Source of the DNA: Candidatus Lustribacter sp.
GTDB lineage: Bacteria > Vulcanimicrobiota > Vulcanimicrobiia > Vulcanimicrobiales > Vulcanimicrobiaceae
Length of the DNA stretch: 64,000 nucleotides
Assembly: GCA_965277805.1 (NCBI GenBank)
Contig: OZ255842.1
Span: forward strand, 5,152,001-5,216,000
Direction of reading: 5' to 3'
A program made the translations under genes and the position numbers. The stretch's first letter is position 1, and each line of letters begins with the position of its first letter. The notes beneath the pieces are model-generated. The model made no database searches. It worked only from the letters and a program-made list of their open reading frames with translations, and had not been told where the DNA came from. This document shows, one piece after another, positions 1 through 7,205 of this stretch.

Positions 1-607
1 GAATGAGGTAGTCGCCCGGATAGCCGTCGTCGGGAAACGGAAATGCCGGGTCCCACTGCTGCATGTAGCGAGCGTAGAGCGAACGAGCGAGCGTGTCCAT
101 CTGCGAGCCCGCGTCGTTGATGATCCACTCGGTGAACACGTCGTAGCCGGCGAAGCGCAGCGTTTTCGCCAGCGTGTCGCCGATCGAGAGCGTTCGTCCT
201 TGCACGACGACCAGCGGACCGGTCGGGTTCGCGCTGCCGAATTCGAGCGAGATGCGTTCGTTCTGCGGCTCGCCGTGACCGAAGTTCGGGCCTTCGCGCA
301 GCGCGGTTGCGATCGTGCGCTGCCAGAACGCCGGCACGAGGCGCAGGTTGATGAACCCGGCGGCCGCCGTCGCTTCGCTCACGGTCGCGCGCACGTCGCC
401 GTCTTCCAGCGCGCGGGCGATGATGGCGTTGGCGATGTCGAGCGGTTTCTTTTTCGCGCTCTTCGCGAGGCCGAACGCGACGTTGGTCGCAACGTCGCCA
501 TGCTCGGCGCGGCGCGGCGGTTCGAACGAGACGTTCGCTTCGCCCTCCGGATAGAGCGCCTTGGCCGCGGCTTCAAAGCGCGCGGCGAGCGCCGGCAGAT
601 CGAGCAT
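1..607 (-). CDS. argS: Arginine--tRNA ligase, N-terminal part (runs off window start)
   Basis: Manual minus-strand translation from ATG 607: MLDLPALAARF...HGDVATNVAFGLAK...GFIN...LEFGSANPTGPLVVVQGRTLSIGDTLAKTLRFAGYDVFTEWIINDAGSQM...DGYPGDYLI, the typical ArgRS N-terminal and Rossmann motifs. Confidence 0.95.
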   Translation of the reverse strand, partial: MLDLPALAARFEAAAKALYPEGEANVSFEPPRRAEHGDVATNVAFGLAKSAKKKPLDIANAIIARALEDGDVRATVSEATAAAGFINLRLVPAFWQRTIATALREGPNFGHGEPQNERISLEFGSANPTGPLVVVQGRTLSIGDTLAKTLRFAGYDVFTEWIINDAGSQMDTLARSLYARYMQQWDPAFPFPDDGYPGDYLI

Positions 608-617
608 CGTGCCGTCG

Positions 618-1079
618 CTAGTGATGGTAGGGTTCATTCGCAGCGATCTTCGCCGCGCGATACAATTGCTCCAGCACGAGCGCGCGCGCCCATTCGTGCA
701 AGAGCGTTAGTTGCGAGAGCGACCAGCGAAATTGTGCGCGCGCGAACAGCGCCGGCGCTGCACCGTACGTTCCCGCGATGACGATCGTGAGTTGTGAAGT
801 GCCTTCGACCGGCAATCGTTCGATGCGCCCGGCGAGCGCTTCGCTCGAGAGCTCGGTGCCGGTGCGTTCGAGCAGCCACAGCGTCTCGCTCGGCGCGACG
901 AGGCGCAGGATTGCTTCGGCCTCGTCGCTCATCGAACGCGCCGCATCGCTGCCGTCGCCGGCGCGCACCTCGACTTCCTCGAGCCGGTGATAGGGCCGCA
1001 GCCGGCGACGGAAGTCGTCGGCAGCGGCGATGAGGTAGGGTTCGCGCAGCTTGCCGACCGCGATGAGGCGCAGGTGCAT
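618..1079 (-). CDS. rlmH: 23S rRNA (pseudouridine1915-N3)-methyltransferase
   Basis: IAVGKLRE N-terminus, LSQLTLLHEWARALVLEQLYRA and C-terminal PYHH SPOUT signature. Confidence 0.93.
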   Translation of the reverse strand: MHLRLIAVGKLREPYLIAAADDFRRRLRPYHRLEEVEVRAGDGSDAARSMSDEAEAILRLVAPSETLWLLERTGTELSSEALAGRIERLPVEGTSQLTIVIAGTYGAAPALFARAQFRWSLSQLTLLHEWARALVLEQLYRAAKIAANEPYHH

Positions 1080-1100
1080 CGCGCCCGAGGTTCGCCCCGC

Positions 1101-1976
1101 CTAGGCGGACGACCGCCGGAAGCGGCCGTCGGGGCCGCTGACGATCGTGCCGGCCGCCAGCAGATCGCCGATCCGCGCCAGCGCCAGCACCGGCGGCAGC
1201 TCGCACGACGCCACCACCGCGTCGGCATCGGCCGGCCCGCCGCCCAGCAGCGCGAGGATCCGCGCGTCGACCGGGTCGGCCGCCGGCACCGGCTCGGCCG
1301 GAGCGGCCGCGGCGCGGGCGATGCCGAGCTGGGCCAGGACGTCGGCGGCATCGCGCACCAGGGTCGCGCCGTCGCGGATAAGGGCCAGGCACCCGGCGGC
1401 CTTCGGGCGCCCGACGTCGCCGGGGAAGGCCATGACGGGGATGCCGCGGTCGGCCGCCCAGGAAGCGGTGTTCAAGGCCCCGCTGCGGGCGGCGGCTTCG
1501 ACCACGACCACGCCGTCGGAGAGCGCCGCCACGATGCCGTTGCGCGCCAGAAATTGCCACGGGAAGGCCGGGTGGTCGGGCGGGTACGGCGAGAGCACCG
1601 CGCCGCCCCCGGCGACGATGCGGCGGGCCAGCTCGGCATTGCGCGGCGGGAAGAAGCGGTCGTGCCCGCCGCCCAGCACGCCGAGCGTCGGCGCCCGGGC
1701 CGCTAGCGCTCCCTCATGGGCCGCCGCGTCGATTCCGAGCGCCAGTCCTGAGACGACGCAGACGCCGGCGGCCGCGAGCTCGGAGGCGAGGCGCAGGGCC
1801 AGCCGCCGGCCGTCCTCCGACGGCGCCCGGGTGCCCACCACCGCCACGGTCGGGGCGGCCAGGGCCGACAGCTCGCCGGCCACCCAGAGGCCGTCGAGGG
1901 CCGACCCGGCCAGGCGCCCGTACGCGGCCGCGGCGAGTTCGGCGCGGGTCAGGTAGCGGCGAAGAGAGTCCTGCAT
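1101..1976 (-). CDS. dprA: DNA-processing protein DprA (short form lacking the N-terminal SAM domain)
   Basis: VAVVGTR, VVSGLALGIDAAAHEGAL, RNGIVAALSDGVVVVEAAARSGALNTA motifs; C-terminal wHTH-like region. Confidence 0.93.
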   Translation of the reverse strand: MQDSLRRYLTRAELAAAAYGRLAGSALDGLWVAGELSALAAPTVAVVGTRAPSEDGRRLALRLASELAAAGVCVVSGLALGIDAAAHEGALAARAPTLGVLGGGHDRFFPPRNAELARRIVAGGGAVLSPYPPDHPAFPWQFLARNGIVAALSDGVVVVEAAARSGALNTASWAADRGIPVMAFPGDVGRPKAAGCLALIRDGATLVRDAADVLAQLGIARAAAAPAEPVPAADPVDARILALLGGGPADADAVVASCELPPVLALARIGDLLAAGTIVSGPDGRFRRSSA

Positions 1977-2105
1977 GCCGGGCCATCACGACAACCGGCC
2001 CGGAAGAAAGGCCAGGAATCCGTGAGGTGCCTCGGAATGTCGAGGCCCGAGCCCGGCCGGACGTACGGTACGCGGTCGGGGACACTAAGCAAAGGGGAAT
2101 CCGAA

Positions 2106-2255
2106 ATGGCAGCCGAGGCGTACTGCGTGAAGTGCAAGACCAAGCGCGAGATGAAAGACGCGACCCAGATTCAGATGAAAAATGGCCGTCCTGCGACGGA
2201 AGGCAAGTGCCCGGTGTGCGGCACGAAAATGTTCAAGATCGGAGCCGCCAAGTAG
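2106..2255 (+). CDS. Small zinc-ribbon protein (DUF5679-like)
   Basis: MAAEAYCVKCKTKREM...GKCPVCGTKMFKIG with two CxxC pairs; AAGGGG RBS upstream. Confidence 0.85.
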   Translation: MAAEAYCVKCKTKREMKDATQIQMKNGRPATEGKCPVCGTKMFKIGAAK

Positions 2256-2284
2256 GGCGGGCACGGAGATTGGGCAGGTCGTAG

Positions 2285-2290
2285 TATACT
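2285..2290 (+). promoter_or_regulatory. Putative sigma70 -10 element for nrdR-dut
   Basis: TATACT in a GC-rich context, about 10 nt upstream of the NrdR box. Confidence 0.5.
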
Positions 2291-2299
2291 AGATCAGGA

Positions 2300-2315
2300 C
2301 CACTACATATTGTGG
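2300..2315. promoter_or_regulatory. NrdR box
   Basis: CCACTACATATTGTGG matches the acaCwAtATaTwGtgt consensus at all core positions; directly upstream of nrdR. Confidence 0.8.
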
Positions 2316-2340
2316 TCCGTGCTGCCGCGGGGGCCGCGAC

Positions 2341-2787
2341 CTGATTTGTCCCACTTGCCGTAAGAGCGAGACGCGCGTCGTCGATTCCCGCGATGACGAA
2401 AACGTCGTCCGCCGGCGGCGCGAATGTCTTGCCTGCAAGCACCGCTTCACCACTTACGAGCGGATGGAAGCCCCGCGCTTATTCGTCGTCAAAAAAGACG
2501 GCCGTCGCGAACAGTACAATCGCGACAAGATCCTGAGCGGCCTTCGCAGGGCCTGCGAGAAGCGTCCGGTTTCGGACGCGCAGATGGAAGAGATCGTCTC
2601 CGGTCTCGAGCGCTCGATGTTCGCCGGTGGCGAGAGCGAAGTTCAGTCCGCGCTCGTCGGTGAGAAGTTGATGGAAGCCCTCAAGGCCGTCGACCCGGTC
2701 GCCTACATCCGGTTCGCGAGCGTGTACCGCTCGTTCCGCGACGTCGAGAGCTTCCAGGCCGAGCTGGCCGAACTGCTGAGCAAGTAA
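2341..2787 (+). CDS. nrdR: Transcriptional repressor NrdR (probable CTG start)
   Basis: The frame upstream of the listed ORF encodes (L)ICPTCRKSETRVVDSRDDENVVRRRRECLACKHRFTTYER, followed by the ATP-cone VVKKDGRREQYNRDK...AYIRFASVYRSF. Confidence 0.93.
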   Translation: MICPTCRKSETRVVDSRDDENVVRRRRECLACKHRFTTYERMEAPRLFVVKKDGRREQYNRDKILSGLRRACEKRPVSDAQMEEIVSGLERSMFAGGESEVQSALVGEKLMEALKAVDPVAYIRFASVYRSFRDVESFQAELAELLSK

Positions 2788-2789
2788 TC

Positions 2790-3251
2790 ATGAAGGTCGA
2801 GCTCAAGGTGCTCGACGAGCGCGTCCGCGCGTGGGGTCTGCCGCGTTACCAGAGCGAGATGGCGGCCGCCGTCGACCTCTTCGCGTGCCTCGACGAACGG
2901 CTGCTCGTCGCGCCGCACTCCCCCGCGCAATTCGTGCCGGCGGGAATCGCCATCCACATCGGTGACCCGAGCGTCGCGGCGATCATCGTGCCGCGCTCGG
3001 GCCTCGGGCATAAGAAAGGGCTCGTGCTCGGGAATCTGGTCGGCGTGATCGATGCCGACTACACTGGTGCTGTGCTGATCAGCGTGTGGAATCGCAGCGA
3101 ACCCGGCTCGGCCCCGATCGTCATCGAGCCCGGCGACCGCATCGCGCAGTTGATGTTCGTGCCGGTCGTGCGGCCGGCGTTCGACGTCGTGGATGAGTTC
3201 ACGGCGTTGAGCGTGCGCGGCGCCGGCGGCTTCGGCTCGACCGGGCAGTGA
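2790..3251 (+). CDS. dut: dUTP diphosphatase
   Basis: AAVDL, PRSGLG, GVIDADYTG, GDRIAQL, RGAGGFGSTG motifs. Confidence 0.96.
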   Translation: MKVELKVLDERVRAWGLPRYQSEMAAAVDLFACLDERLLVAPHSPAQFVPAGIAIHIGDPSVAAIIVPRSGLGHKKGLVLGNLVGVIDADYTGAVLISVWNRSEPGSAPIVIEPGDRIAQLMFVPVVRPAFDVVDEFTALSVRGAGGFGSTGQ

Positions 3252-3258
3252 CGGGCGC

Positions 3259-4236
3259 GTGAAGGTCTACGTCGTCGGCGCCGGGGCGGTTGGGCGATAC
3301 CTCGGCGAGTTGTTGCGCGGTACCGGCAACGACGTCGTGTATGCGCCGCGCGATCTCGCGTCGGTCGAACCGTACGCGGCCGATCTCGCGATCGTCGCGG
3401 TAAAGGCCTACGACACCGGCGGCGCGATCGAGACGTTGCGCCGCGCGCTCGGCGACGCGCCGTCGGCTGCGATCGTGACGCCGCAGAACGGCGTCGGAAA
3501 TGAAGAAGCGCTGGCCGCCGCGTTCGGCGCCGATGCGATCGTCGCGTGCGCGTTGACCGTGCCGGTTGAAACCGATCGCGACGGCAAACCGCTGGCGGCA
3601 AACGGCGGCGGCATCGCGTTCGCGCCGGTCGGAGCGGCCGCGCACAATTGGTTGCTCGCTACGTTCGGCGCAACCGGGCTACCGGTGATCGCGGCGGCCG
3701 ATTATCGCGCGCTGAAGTGGTCGAAGCTCGCGCTGAACGTCGTCGCCAACGCGTCGTGCGCGATCCTCAACGTGCTGCCCGAACGCCTGGTGCACTCGGG
3801 CGACGCGTTCGAATTGGAACTGCGCCAGATTCGCGAAGTGCGCGCGGTGATGCGCGCGCTCGGCATCGCGTCGGTCGATCTGCCGCGGTATCCGGTGCGT
3901 GCGCTGCAGGGCATAGCCTCGCTGCCGGCGCCGGTCGCGCGCGTCATTCTGGCCAACCGCATCGCCGGTGCGCGCGGCCGGAAGCCGCCGTCGCTGCTGC
4001 TCGATCTGCGCGCGATGCGCAACCGAACCGAAGTCGACTTTCTGAACGGCGCGGTCGCGCGCGCCGCCCGGACCGCCGGCGTGAAGGCGCCGGTGAACAC
4101 GGTCTTCGCCCGGATCGTTAGTGACATCGCGCACATGCCCCAACTGTGGGCGAAATACCGCGAACGTCCCGACGCGCTTGCAGCGGAGGTTGAGGCCGAA
4201 GTTTCCCGCACGGAGCACGTGCCGGCATTCCGGTAA
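3259..4236 (+). CDS. Ketopantoate reductase family protein (PanE/ApbA)
   Basis: GAGAVG Rossmann motif, VKAYD, QNGVG, KWSKLALN, SLLLDL...RTEVDFLNGAV. Confidence 0.85.
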   Translation: MKVYVVGAGAVGRYLGELLRGTGNDVVYAPRDLASVEPYAADLAIVAVKAYDTGGAIETLRRALGDAPSAAIVTPQNGVGNEEALAAAFGADAIVACALTVPVETDRDGKPLAANGGGIAFAPVGAAAHNWLLATFGATGLPVIAAADYRALKWSKLALNVVANASCAILNVLPERLVHSGDAFELELRQIREVRAVMRALGIASVDLPRYPVRALQGIASLPAPVARVILANRIAGARGRKPPSLLLDLRAMRNRTEVDFLNGAVARAARTAGVKAPVNTVFARIVSDIAHMPQLWAKYRERPDALAAEVEAEVSRTEHVPAFR

Positions 4237-4259
4237 GCACGACGAAGAGCGCCTCGCTC

Positions 4260-4745
4260 TTGGCGGTCTGTTCCCTGTCGCGGGCGCAGCCCGGCGGCTG
4301 CGCCTGGTGCGGGGAACCGTTGCCGCCGCGCCGCCGCACGTGGTGCAGCGACCGCTGCGGCGAGGCGTTTTGGAACAATCACTGGTGGTCCCAGGCGCGG
4401 CGGGCCGCGAAGCGGCGCGACAAGTACCGCTGCAGCCGCTGCGGCCACGTGGCACCGAAGCGGCCCTCGCGCGTTCGCTTCCCGAGCGAACGAGCGTATA
4501 AGGCCGCGATGCGCGCGTGGCGCGCGGGCCGGCCGGCGAACCGTCTGGAGGTCAACCACCGCGAGCCGGCGCTCGGGGCGCATCGGACCTTGAGCTGCCT
4601 GCACCATTTGGAAAACCTCGAGACGCTGTGCGTCGCGTGCCACAAAGAGACGACGGCCGCCACGCGGCCCCGGCGGCCGCCGGCTGACGGGGTACCGCCG
4701 GGGGCTCCGCCGAAGCGCGGGCAGGTGCGGAAGGTCAGCGGGTGA
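4260..4745 (+). CDS. HNH endonuclease family protein with N-terminal Zn finger
   Basis: CAWCG...WCSDRC, RDKYRCSRCG, LEVNH...NLETLCVACH. Confidence 0.75.
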   Translation: MAVCSLSRAQPGGCAWCGEPLPPRRRTWCSDRCGEAFWNNHWWSQARRAAKRRDKYRCSRCGHVAPKRPSRVRFPSERAYKAAMRAWRAGRPANRLEVNHREPALGAHRTLSCLHHLENLETLCVACHKETTAATRPRRPPADGVPPGAPPKRGQVRKVSG

Positions 4746-5833
4746 GCAACAACGTTCGAAACGAGCCCGGCGGTGCCGTGCCGGACTTCGAACGTGACGA
4801 GGCGACAATCAGCGCTTATGAAAGCGCGAAACTTCGCTATATCCGCGCCATCACGCAAGACGCCGAGACCAAATTGCGCGAGGCGTTCGGCAAGCGCCGC
4901 GAAGCGATCAACGACGAGATCGCCAATCTGCGCGGTCTCGCCAAAACGCGCGGCGACGCCGCAGCTGCCGCAGCGCAGAAGTATGCCGTCAAGCTCCCGC
5001 ATCGCGTGCGCAAGACCGGCGTGCGTCCGCCGTCGTTCTGGGAACGCCTGATGACGTTCAATTCCGTCGACAAGTATTATCGCAACGCGCAGAAGGCGGC
5101 GGAAGAACTCGACGAGGTCAACGAGCTGCTGCGCAAGCGCCGCGACCGCCTCGATGCGATGGAGCGCGAGACGCGCCGTTCGATCTATCTGCGCGAAGAA
5201 GCCGTACGCAAAAAACTGCAGACGCCCGAAGGCCTGGCCGCGCTGCACGCCGATCCGATGGTGAAGGCGGCGTTCGCAAAGATGCAAGGCGTGATGAACG
5301 AACGCGCCAAGTACGACGAGCGCGTCAAACGCGGCGAAGTGCCGCCCGAAGAAGCGCGCGATCGCGAGATGGCGCAGCGCGGCATGAAGTTCGCGACCGT
5401 GCCGCTCGAAGGCGTGATGATTTCGCGCATCGCCCGCTACGGCGCGCTCGAGTACTACGTGCTGCGCGATCTCTCCAATCACGAATACCTGATCTCGTGC
5501 GACCCGGCGCTCGAGCCGCTGCGCGACGTGGTGTTCGACATCTCGCGCTCCGCTGCGGGCTACGAAGCCTCGCTGCGCCACACGCCCGACGGCGCGCCGA
5601 TGCGCGTGCTCGATCACCTCAAAGCCGGTTTTTCCAGCAACGATGCGACCGATCTGTACGCGCGCCACCGCGCCGCACTGCGCACCGACCGCGCCACGCA
5701 AAAGACGCGTCCGCGCGATGAGAGCGAAGCGGAGATGATCGCGATGTTGGGCCTGCTGGCCGAAGCCGTCGTCAAGCGCGCGGCGTCACAAGCGGCAAAC
5801 GCCGCTGCAGCAACTGAAGATCCCGAAGCTTAG
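4742..5833 (+). CDS. Hypothetical helical/coiled-coil protein
   Basis: 363-aa ORF with host-like codon usage and a GTGA overlap with the HNH gene; no recognised family. Confidence 0.75.
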   Translation: MSNNVRNEPGGAVPDFERDEATISAYESAKLRYIRAITQDAETKLREAFGKRREAINDEIANLRGLAKTRGDAAAAAAQKYAVKLPHRVRKTGVRPPSFWERLMTFNSVDKYYRNAQKAAEELDEVNELLRKRRDRLDAMERETRRSIYLREEAVRKKLQTPEGLAALHADPMVKAAFAKMQGVMNERAKYDERVKRGEVPPEEARDREMAQRGMKFATVPLEGVMISRIARYGALEYYVLRDLSNHEYLISCDPALEPLRDVVFDISRSAAGYEASLRHTPDGAPMRVLDHLKAGFSSNDATDLYARHRAALRTDRATQKTRPRDESEAEMIAMLGLLAEAVVKRAASQAANAAAATEDPEA

Positions 5834-5894
5834 AGCATCCATAGAGCGGGCAAGCGGGGGTTTGAGCGCAAGCGTCCGCGGGGACACCCTCGGC

Positions 5895-7205
5895 GTGGCT
5901 CGCTCGCGTTTCGACGCCGTTGTGATTTGTCTAGTCCTGGCGTGCGCCGGATGCTCGTCCGGTTCTTCCGCGGCAAAGCCTTCGCCAACCCCGGGTCCGC
6001 ACGTCGACACAGTGGTCGCGAAGCAAGGCACCATTCATCCGGCCTTACAGATCGCGGGCGTCATCACGCCATTGCGGCAAGTCGGCATCGCGGCCGATCT
6101 CTCCGAGCCGATCGGCGACGTCGACGTGCAAGAGGGCGATCGCGTCCACGTGGGTCAACCGCTGGCGCACTTGATCACGGACGACCTCGAGGCGCAACTT
6201 GCCTCCGCGCAACGCACGACCGCGGAAGACGTCGCGCGCTACGCGCAAGCGGCCTACCAGACCGACGCCACCAACGCACAAGATGCGGCCGCAATTCGCT
6301 CAGCGCAAGATTCGCTGCGCCAAGCGCGCGTGAGCCTCGCCGGCGCCGAGACCGATCTCAAGCGTTACCAAACGCTGTTGGATCAAGGCTACATGGCGGC
6401 GCAAACGGTCGACCAGCAACGCACCACGGTCGCTGCGGATGCGGCGGCGGTCAGCACCGCGCAGGCGGCGCTCAATCAAGCCGTCGCCAATGCGCGCGCC
6501 AACGGCCGCGGAAACAACGCCGGCGTACAGCAAGCAGAGTTGCAGTCGGCGCGCGCGGCGGCCGATGCGGCGCAAGCGACGGTCGAGCAGCTGCGCCGTG
6601 AAATCGGCCGCGCGGCGATCGTTTCACCGCTCGACGGCGTCGTCGATGCGGTCAACGCGAATCCCGGCGAGTATCCGTCGGGCCGTCAGCTCTTCACGAT
6701 CGAACAGATCTCGAGCGTCTACGCGCTCTTACCGTCGTCGACCGCCCAGGTCGTCCAGATTCAAAACGGCGCTCCGGTTTCGCTGACGACGAGCGCGACC
6801 ACGCGCAGGGACAGCGGCAAGGTCGTGGCCGTCCTCGATGCGCTGCAGCCCGGCACGACCAACTTCACCGTGAAGGTGCTCGTCCCGAATGCCGACGGAC
6901 ATCTGCACGCCGGCATGCCGGTCAGCGGCACGGTCGCGCTGCCGCCGGTGAGCGGGATCGAGATTCCCATAACCGCCTTCATCGATGACACGCACGACGG
7001 CGTCTATACCGTCGCGAACGGCGTCGTGAGCACGACCAAGGTGACGGAAGTCAAGAACGACGGCACCAACTCGATCGTCACGGGCTTGAACGCGGGTGCG
7101 ACGATCGTAGCCAACGTCGACGACGTAAACGTCGGCAACGGCGACAAGGTCAACACCGGCCCGGTCGCGAGCCCCGAACCCGGCGCGACCCGCAAGCACA
7201 AGTAG
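5895..7205 (+). CDS. RND efflux periplasmic adaptor (MFP), lipoprotein
   Basis: Lipobox LACAGC, lipoyl-like VQEGDRVHVGQPL, long helical hairpin, IVSPLDGVV; start position uncertain (5862 or 5895). Confidence 0.9.
   Translation: MARSRFDAVVICLVLACAGCSSGSSAAKPSPTPGPHVDTVVAKQGTIHPALQIAGVITPLRQVGIAADLSEPIGDVDVQEGDRVHVGQPLAHLITDDLEAQLASAQRTTAEDVARYAQAAYQTDATNAQDAAAIRSAQDSLRQARVSLAGAETDLKRYQTLLDQGYMAAQTVDQQRTTVAADAAAVSTAQAALNQAVANARANGRGNNAGVQQAELQSARAAADAAQATVEQLRREIGRAAIVSPLDGVVDAVNANPGEYPSGRQLFTIEQISSVYALLPSSTAQVVQIQNGAPVSLTTSATTRRDSGKVVAVLDALQPGTTNFTVKVLVPNADGHLHAGMPVSGTVALPPVSGIEIPITAFIDDTHDGVYTVANGVVSTTKVTEVKNDGTNSIVTGLNAGATIVANVDDVNVGNGDKVNTGPVASPEPGATRKHK

Noticed and set aside
200..781. 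Plus-strand ORF 200..781 and the many long antisense or alternative-frame ORFs (e.g. 9098..10756, 13658..15730, 6729..8231)
   Set aside because: Shadow ORFs of high-GC genes: Arg/Ala/Pro-rich, no motifs, and overlapping well-supported genes.
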